From assembly GCA_000165425.1 (NCBI GenBank), contig CT868352.1, positions 186,001 to 250,000 on the forward strand: DNA of 64,000 nt, written 5' to 3'. Under the pieces are notes generated by a model that worked only from the letters and a program-made list of their open reading frames with translations, was not told the origin of the DNA and ran no database searches. Shown one piece after another: positions 55,104 to 64,000 of the stretch. This DNA comes from Paramecium tetraurelia. Lineage: Eukaryota. The position numbers and the translations under genes are program-made. Position 1 is the first letter of the stretch. Each line of letters begins with the position of its first letter.

Positions 55104-56190
55104 AATGCAGTCTATTTTATATAGTATTTAATTAATGTAATTAATTTATTAAAAATTAATCACATCATCCTAGTAGTTTTTGATCTATACTCATAGAGAT
55201 ATAATTAGTCTTGGAATATCTCAATACTAGATGGAAAATTATTATTTATGGATGAATTCCTTTCTCTATATTAAGTGATTTCGAATTTTCAAACCCTATA
55301 TTTATCTCAATAACAATCTATTAAGATTTGAATAAGTGACTAATTAAATAAATCTATCAAATTCAAATTTTGAAGTTAAGGCTAAATTAGAATGATAAAT
55401 TTACACCCAATTATTATGTATTTTCAATTTCAAAGGTGGAAAACCCTAAATAATTTAATAAAGTATTACCATGCTATCATATATACCTAAATTCTTTATT
55501 ATCTTAAACTAGAAATACTGTATGAATCTCTGTTACAGCATAATATAGTTATTTATAAAGAGGATTTAAAGGTTAGAAAATACTCCATAAACAAATCTCT
55601 AGTAGCTTTAGAATCTTTTTCAAATGGTAGATTTTAAACCTTTAGATCACAATTGGTGATTTTTTCTAGAATACTTTCTTTGATGTCTTAATTAATTAAA
55701 GAAAAAAACCTCTTGCCTCTTTTTTCAGATAAATTTTTATCTCTAATAAGATGATCAGGATCTCTTTGACTTATATACTCTATAATCATATAAAATGCAG
55801 ATTTTCATCAAAGAATCTAGGATAATTAGACTATATTTGGATGACGTAATTCGAATAGTAAAAATAATTTCAATTTGGATGAATGTAAAATGATAGTTAT
55901 GTTGAGTTCACTGCTGTTAAATTGGCTGGGTAATACCATAATACACCCAGACTGAAGGTCTCCTAACATATTATAAACACCTTAGATATATATAATTATC
56001 AAAAGAATCGTTACAATGTTGGTTTAATAAATATGTAAATGGTTCATATTCTTTAAATTATTAATAAGAAATCACAAATTTAGATTAGTATTATTTATTA
56101 TCTAAGCTTAATTTCTTATTTAAGTTCGATTCGGATGGCAGAAAATAGATGAAATACATCAATATATATGTTCATTAATGAATTAACAAA

Positions 56191-57269
<1,079 letters not shown>

Positions 57270-58480
57270 TTTAATTTAAATAATGCTTAAAAAGGGTCCA
57301 AAGTAGGATTGATATGACCCTTGTTCTATTAGAAATTTATAACACTTCAAAAAAGATTACTAATCTTGTTGAAGAATAATTAAGTATATATTGTCCTTAA
57401 CACATCATAGGATGTAGTCTAACCAAAATCAGTGTTAAGAAAGTTACATAACAAATAATTTATATAAAGCAAAAAAAATAAGTAAGCTACTGTGTAATCT
57501 AGGTAATAGACTAAATATTAAACTATATCGTAATAGAAGTAACTTTAAGCCCAAGCCATTTGTTGTTAGAAATAATAAATGAATAATTTTTAAATGTAGA
57601 ATTGTTGTCGCTGCAAGCATTTAGACTAAGCACATTCAAGTATTTAAGTTAGGAAACTAAAGACTTACTCTCAATAATATATCCAAAAACAAAAAATATA
57701 AGATTGATAGTTTTACAATTAATATCCAAAAATATAAACTACATTATTGTATTATTTTTATTTGAATTGCAATTCTTGTCACACTCTTTTAGCATTTGAA
57801 CTAAATTATCTTCAAATTCATGGTTTCTTCAGGTTATTTTTTATCTAATTCATTTTCTTATCCTCTTACTTTTTCATCCTTTATGAATAGCAAGCTATTT
57901 ATCCTTTTACATCTTCTTGTGTAGCTGTTTATCTTTCAATTGATTTTGTTAGATTTATAAAGTATAAGACCGTATAAATCTGATCTAAAGATTTCAAGCT
58001 CCAGATATAGATCGAGTTCTCATGCATCCAATTAGTCCTGACATTTAAACCTTAACTTTAGACATAAATATCAATTAAATAGGCTGTTTGTTAGAGAAGA
58101 ATAGTGTAAGTGAGCTGTTTTTGAACTTACTGCTTCCAATCTATTAAGAAAGGAAGAAATGAAGTATTTGGTCAACTATTAAACAGAATGATTAAAAACA
58201 AAAGAAGTGTGATGATATTGTACTCCCATAATTTTTATTTATACCTATGGATGAATTCAATCTTAAAAAGAGTTGGGACAAAAATATGTAATTAGTTTAA
58301 TCAGGGTTAGAGCTATTTTTGTATTTGATTATTAAAACATTACATCAATAAATAATAAGGTACAATAAATAGTCCAGAATTTTCTAAATAGAAATTACTT
58401 TAATGAGTAGAGATAAATAAAAGGAGTGTTATTTGTTAATTAAAATGGGAATTGTATAAATTATAAATAAATAATAATTA

Positions 58481-59128
58481 ATGGAAGTGTTCACATTACC
58501 AATTTTTTAGAAATTAAACAAAATGTAATCTTGTTTGGAAGAGGAAATATATGAGCCGATGGAGGAGCCATAGTAGCAGCCTACTTGTGACGAATGCAAA
58601 AAGGTTTTTACCAACAATTCTAAACTATAAAGACATATACGAGAGACACACTAAAATTTGAAGTTGTTTCGATGTGAGTAGTGTGGGAAGGAGTTCAAGC
58701 GTTCTTAGCATCTGAAGAGACATCAGTTAACTCACAGTGGGAGTCGACCATTTAATTGTGAATGTATTTAATAGATTTGAGATTGAGGTTGTCCATAGAA
58801 GTTCACGTGTAAACATCATTTGAAAAGACATATGCAATTAATTCACGAGATGAAATCGTACGAATGCAATGAGTGTGATTAAAAGTTTGGTAAGAAGAGA
58901 CAATTGAAAAAGCATTAGCAAGAAGATCATCATAAAAAATAATAATAAAATGATTTATTTTAATGTTTAAAATGCAATAAAGTGTTTTAGAGATTGAGAT
59001 CCTTGAGGAAACACAATTTGATTAGACACAAAAACATACGAGCATTTGGATGTGAAAAGTGCAATAAACATTTTGCTCATAAATAAACCTTAAATAAGCA
59101 TATATAAAGGTGTCACAGTGAAATTTGA
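58481..59128 (+). CDS. C2H2 zinc-finger protein (6 fingers)
   Basis: CDECKKVFTNNSKLQRHIRETH, CEQCGKEFKRSQHLKRHQLTHSGSRPF, through to CEKCNKHFAHKQTLNKHIQRCH; one 24-nt intron ~58764. Confidence 0.93.
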
Positions 59129-59151
59129 AATTTATTTATATTAATTTATTA

Positions 59152-62100
59152 ATGAAAAATATGATGTTACTTCTCTTGAATTTACTTTTAGTAACTCATT
59201 CAGAACTCCTACCCAAAGTGGATTAATGCACTTGCAAGCAAATTCTTAGTTCTAAAGATTGTGCTCAATTAACTAAGTGTTAATGGAACTCAGCATCAGG
59301 AGTGTGTGAAGATCGCAAATCTACAGACTTGGAATCCTATTGCTCAATGAACAGTTCGAATTGCCCAACGAATGGTTGTGCCTTGTATAAAGGAACTTGT
59401 AGGCCATTCAGTGGGTGTTCTGTATATTAAGGAAAAACGCATGAAGAATGTCAAAAGATAACAACTTTGTGCACGACTAACGGGGAAAATTGTATTATGA
59501 CTGAATTATTATGTGATAATTTCAATGACATTTAATTGGCTTGTTAAGTAGATTCGAGTGGATATCCATGCTATTGGAATGATGAAAATAAGAAATGTTA
59601 CTAAATTTAAAATTGTAAGGAACTGCCTTCAACCTTTACTACTCACTAGTCTTGTTATGATGCTGGATAGATAAAATAACTAAAATGTACAGCCAAAGAA
59701 GGAGGAGGTTGTGTTGATATCACAAGTGATTGTGGCAGTTTATAAAGACTAGGATGTGTAATAAATCAATAAGGTAGTGAGTGTTTTTGGGATGGATCTT
59801 TATGTAAAGATAAGATTTGTACAAATGCACCTACTTCTTATACAACACATGCTTAATGTCAAAGTTATTTAAATACTTGTTCTCTTAATTAAGATCAAAA
59901 AGGATGCATTGATATGCCAGCCACATGTGATGTTTATACTAGTGAACCACAATGCATTTCAGTCAAAGATACTTTATGTTTTTGGTTCTCAATTACCTGT
60001 AAGGATGGCGATACGAATTGCTAACCAAAAGCTGAATGCAAATCCTGGATATGTGAAAATGCTCAATCTACTTATAACAGTGATATCTTATGCAGATAAT
60101 TCAAAACTGAATGCACAGTCAATAATACGAATAATGGTTGTATTAAGAGATTGGAATCATGTTCTTAATACACAACTCAAAATCAATGTGTTAGTGTATT
60201 GAATGATCAACAAACTTGTTATTGGAATGGCACCAAATGTGTTGATAAAACCTGTGCAAATGCAGTTCTAGCCAAATTCGATCAAGTCTCATGCAGTAGA
60301 TATATGTCCTAATGTGCTGCTGTTAATAATAAATGCACTTTAAAAACTTGTAGCACATATTCAAGTGAAAAACAATGCAGTAATGACTATTTAAATAATA
60401 AATGTGCTTGGAGTGGGACTTGCACATTGAAAACATGCGAGAATGCCAGTGATGAGTTAACTTCTCATAAGGATTGTTAACAATGGTTAGATACTTGCAC
60501 TGTTTAATCTGATCTCAAGGGATGTCAAAATTTAGAATAAGTTTGTAGTATCTACAAGATCTAAGATTAATGTTACTTGGCAAGCAATACTAAATATTCA
60601 TGTTTGTGGATCAGTGGATAGTGTGTTCAAAAGAGTTGTTCTACTGCTAGTCTTGATATATCTACCGATGAGGAGTGTACGAGTTATTTGAGTGGATGCA
60701 TGATTAGTAATCAAAAGAGTGGTTGTGTAAGTCGTAAGGCTACTTGCTTAGAGTTATTGGAATACTAATGTTCAGTCACTAATACAGGATCTTTATGTTT
60801 CTGGAATGGATCATAATGCGTGGTAAGACAATGTAATTAAGTTGTTTACAATACATTTAAAGCATGTAATACATTTTTATCAACTTGCACCGCCAATTAT
60901 GATGGCACTCAATATAATGGATGTGTGACCAAGGAGACCAAATGTAACTAATATACCAATGAATTCATGTGTATTGAGAGTTTATAAGAAGGCAAGTGCA
61001 TTTGGAATAAGAAAGCTACACCTAATGCTTGTGAAGTTAGATCCTGTTAGAATTCAGATCAGATCACAAGTGATGAGGCATGCAATAACTTTTTGAATAC
61101 TTGTACTGTCAATTCAGCCAAAACTGGATGCATAGAACGTTATCAAAAATGTAGTGAATATGGAAATGAAATCAATTGTAGATACACCAAATCAGGAGTT
61201 GAATGCATCTGGTATAACAATGCTTGCGTAGATAAAACTTGTGATAAAGCTGATAAGATTTATACTTCTCATGATGAATGTCAGTCCTTCAGTAAGAATT
61301 GTACTACTAATGGCAAGGGATGCATTAAAATTGAACAATGTTCTGCATACACTACTAAATCAGGCTGTATCATTGATTCAAGTAATAAACTATGTGCATT
61401 CCAACCTAGTTGCAATCTACAATAATGTAGTGATGCTCCTTAATCCTATTCTACTGATGAATAATGTAAAACATATAAAAAAGAATGTACAACAAATGGA
61501 AATGGTTGTGTTTTGAGAACATAGTGTTCTGATGCTTATATTGAATAGGCATGTGTTACTGACTCCAATGGTAATAAGTGTACATGGTTTAATAATAAAT
61601 GCGTTGGCTACAGTTGTTAAAGTGCTCCTACTAAGTATGTCACTGAGATGGAGTGTCAGTTACATAAATTAGGATGCACTGTAAATTAATCTGGAGGGTG
61701 TGTAACTAAAGGTCTCTGCAAAGATGCTAAAATTTAATCAGCTTGCACAACAGACAAATATGGAAAGTAGTGCAGATTCACAAAGGATGGATGCAGAGAT
61801 ATCGTATGTTCAGATGTTGCATACAACAATCATTATGATTGTGCTAATTTTGATCCTAGTTGCTCATCTGATGGCTTAACTTGTATTGCTCAAGCAAACT
61901 GCAGTACCAAAATATAAAGTGGATGCTTTTTAGGGAAAGATGGACCATGTTTATGGGTGAGAAATGCATGTTATCAATATTCATCATGTACATCTCTGTA
62001 ATTCTAGACTCATGATTTATGTTATGAATTCAGTAATGAATGCACAACTGATGGAAATACTTGTATACCAATTGACAAATGTGAGAAATTGCCTTAATAA

Positions 62101-63150
62101 GGGTGTATTTAAGGAACTAATGGTAAATGTGTCTTTCTATCTGAAAAAAACAAGTGTGTTGTTTTTAATTCTTGTAATTCTGTAGAGTATTCTACTCATG
62201 AGGAATGTTAGAAAGTGAGTACAACATGCACAACTGATGGAACTAAATGTATTGATCTATAAGATTGTTCATCATACAAATAATCTAATTGCTATTTAAA
62301 TAGTGATCAAGAAAATTGTTATTATGATGAAAAAGAAAAGAAATGCGTTGATTTGCAATGTTCTCACCTTTAATTTACAACTCATGATGAATGCAATAGT
62401 AAATTAAGAACTTGTACAAGCAATAACACAAGTTGTATTTCAATGGACAAATGTGAAACTTACACTAAAGACTATTGCACTACTGCTCTAGGTTCTGATG
62501 GTAAATGTAAATATGATCCAACTAGTAATAAATGCCGTTTAATTAAATGCACCGAATTAGTAGACAATTGCACTTAGATTAGTAAATGTGTAGATAGTGG
62601 AATTGGGTGTGTAGAATAATTAACATGTGATAAATATCAAACTGAAAAAGGATGTAAATAAGCTGGTACTGATGGATTTTGTGTCTGGTATTTAGATAAT
62701 GGAGAAGGAAAATGTAAAATCATGAGTGCTTGTTCAGATGCTTCAACCAACAAAGAGGCATGTTAATCAAGATCATGGGCTTGCTAATGGACTGAAACTG
62801 CTACTAAGAGTACCTGTGCCTAACATACATGTTCATCAAAGTCAAAAGAAACTGGATTATGTCTACCCATCTTAGATTTCTCTCAAAAGAATTACTATTT
62901 GTGTGCATTGTCTAGTGACTAGTGCATTTCAGCAGAGAAATCTTCTTTAGGAGCATAAACCTGCTTTTAATCTACTGCTTATACATACACCTGGGATTCT
63001 GCTAATTCTTTCTGTTTGTAATGTGGAACAAAATATACAAATACAAGCAATCAGACAAACACTCCCAACAACACCAATGTTACAGATAGTGACAATTAAG
63101 TTAACATATTATTCCCATTGCTGAGTCTGATTATTAGTATATATATATGA
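59152..63150 (+). CDS. Paramecium surface-antigen-like Cys-periodic protein (1332 aa, signal peptide, probable GPI anchor)
   Basis: 3999-nt frame with no evident intron; MKNMMLLLLNLLLV..CTCKQIL; repeated C.W....C.DK.C..A....TH..C..Y...CT periods; hydrophobic C-terminus ILFPLLSLIISIYI. Confidence 0.92.
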
Positions 63151-63154
63151 TTTT

Positions 63155-64000
63155 TCATAAATCTTCTAGATTGAGTACATTAAAGTTTTCTTTCTAATCA
63201 TCCTAAGTGTTATCAAACCATTTAATCAACTATCCTTCATGCCACTCTCCAAACCTAGTCTACCCATTACTCAAGATAACTTTGCCCTTCCCATTTGGCT
63301 TCGACTGTTTAAAACTACCTTCATAAGTCTTGCCATCTAAAAATACTAACATGAAATACTTGGCCATTTGAAAATACCATAACCATTAGGAACGTCTTTA
63401 TTGAACAATCCAACATAAGTGTAACCAGTAGGCCATTTAATTTGACCTTAACCACACATAAAGTCCTCAAACCACTCCCCTTGATATTCCTTTCCATTCT
63501 TCCACACTTGACATCCTTGTCCATGTCGCTTATTATTAATCCATAATCCTGTATATGTTGAACCATCATTCCAAACATAGGTTCCCTATCCCTATTTTAT
63601 TCCTTCATAAAAGTATCCCTCATATTTGCTCCCGTCTTCCCAAGTCTCTATCCCAAATCCTTATTACAAATCATCCTTCCACTGTCCTTCAAATTTGCAT
63701 CCGCTTGTCGATTGGAATATCCCTCGACCATTTTATTTATCGTTTTCCCATTGTCCTTCATAATAGTCTCCGTCAGGATAGATGAACTTTCCTTACCCAT
63801 GAGCTCTATTATTCTTCCATTCTCCTTCATATTCTGAACCATCTGGCCATTTCAATATACCATATCCTTCTCTTTTATTGCCAACCCAATCTCCCAAATA
63901 CTCCCCTCCACTTTTCAAAGTCACTGCTAATAGTTTGGTTCTCTCTTGAGTCTTAGTGGTTTGACTTGAATTCATCTCTCTCTACTTTTTTTTATAATTA
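63155..64000 (-). CDS. MORN-repeat protein (5' end may lie beyond window)
   Basis: Tandem YxGxWxxxxxxGxGxxxWxDG repeats (YLGDWVGNKREGYGILKWPDGSEYEGEWKNNRAHGQG); TGA 63155-63157. Confidence 0.92.

Overview
Very AT-rich, gene-dense eukaryotic DNA from a ciliate, almost certainly Paramecium macronuclear sequence (inference). Genes open only with the ciliate code (TAA/TAG=Gln, TGA=stop), introns are tiny GT..AG elements of about 22-32 nt, and a Cys-periodic Paramecium surface-antigen gene is present. The supplied ORF track uses the standard code, so it mostly shows fragments or antisense shadows; I re-translated by hand. About 29 protein genes are supported, including an importin-alpha-like N-terminus, eIF3f-like, Cet1-like triphosphatase, Myb, PLSCR scramblase, histidine phosphatase, two TTL-family proteins, lipases, SWI3-like, NDUFA8-like, PDI, three kinases, BIG/Sec7 ARF-GEF, ArfGAP, C2H2 zinc finger, surface antigen and MORN protein. 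The stand-out is one ~8.9 kb minus-strand gene (17147-26066, ~2960 aa). It reads an anoctamin/TMEM16 domain that has lost its TM8 Ca2+ ligands in-frame into a pseudokinase-like domain and a ~1250-aa helical tail. No RNA genes, transposons, telomeric repeats or CRISPR arrays were recognised. Family calls come from motif recall, not database searches.
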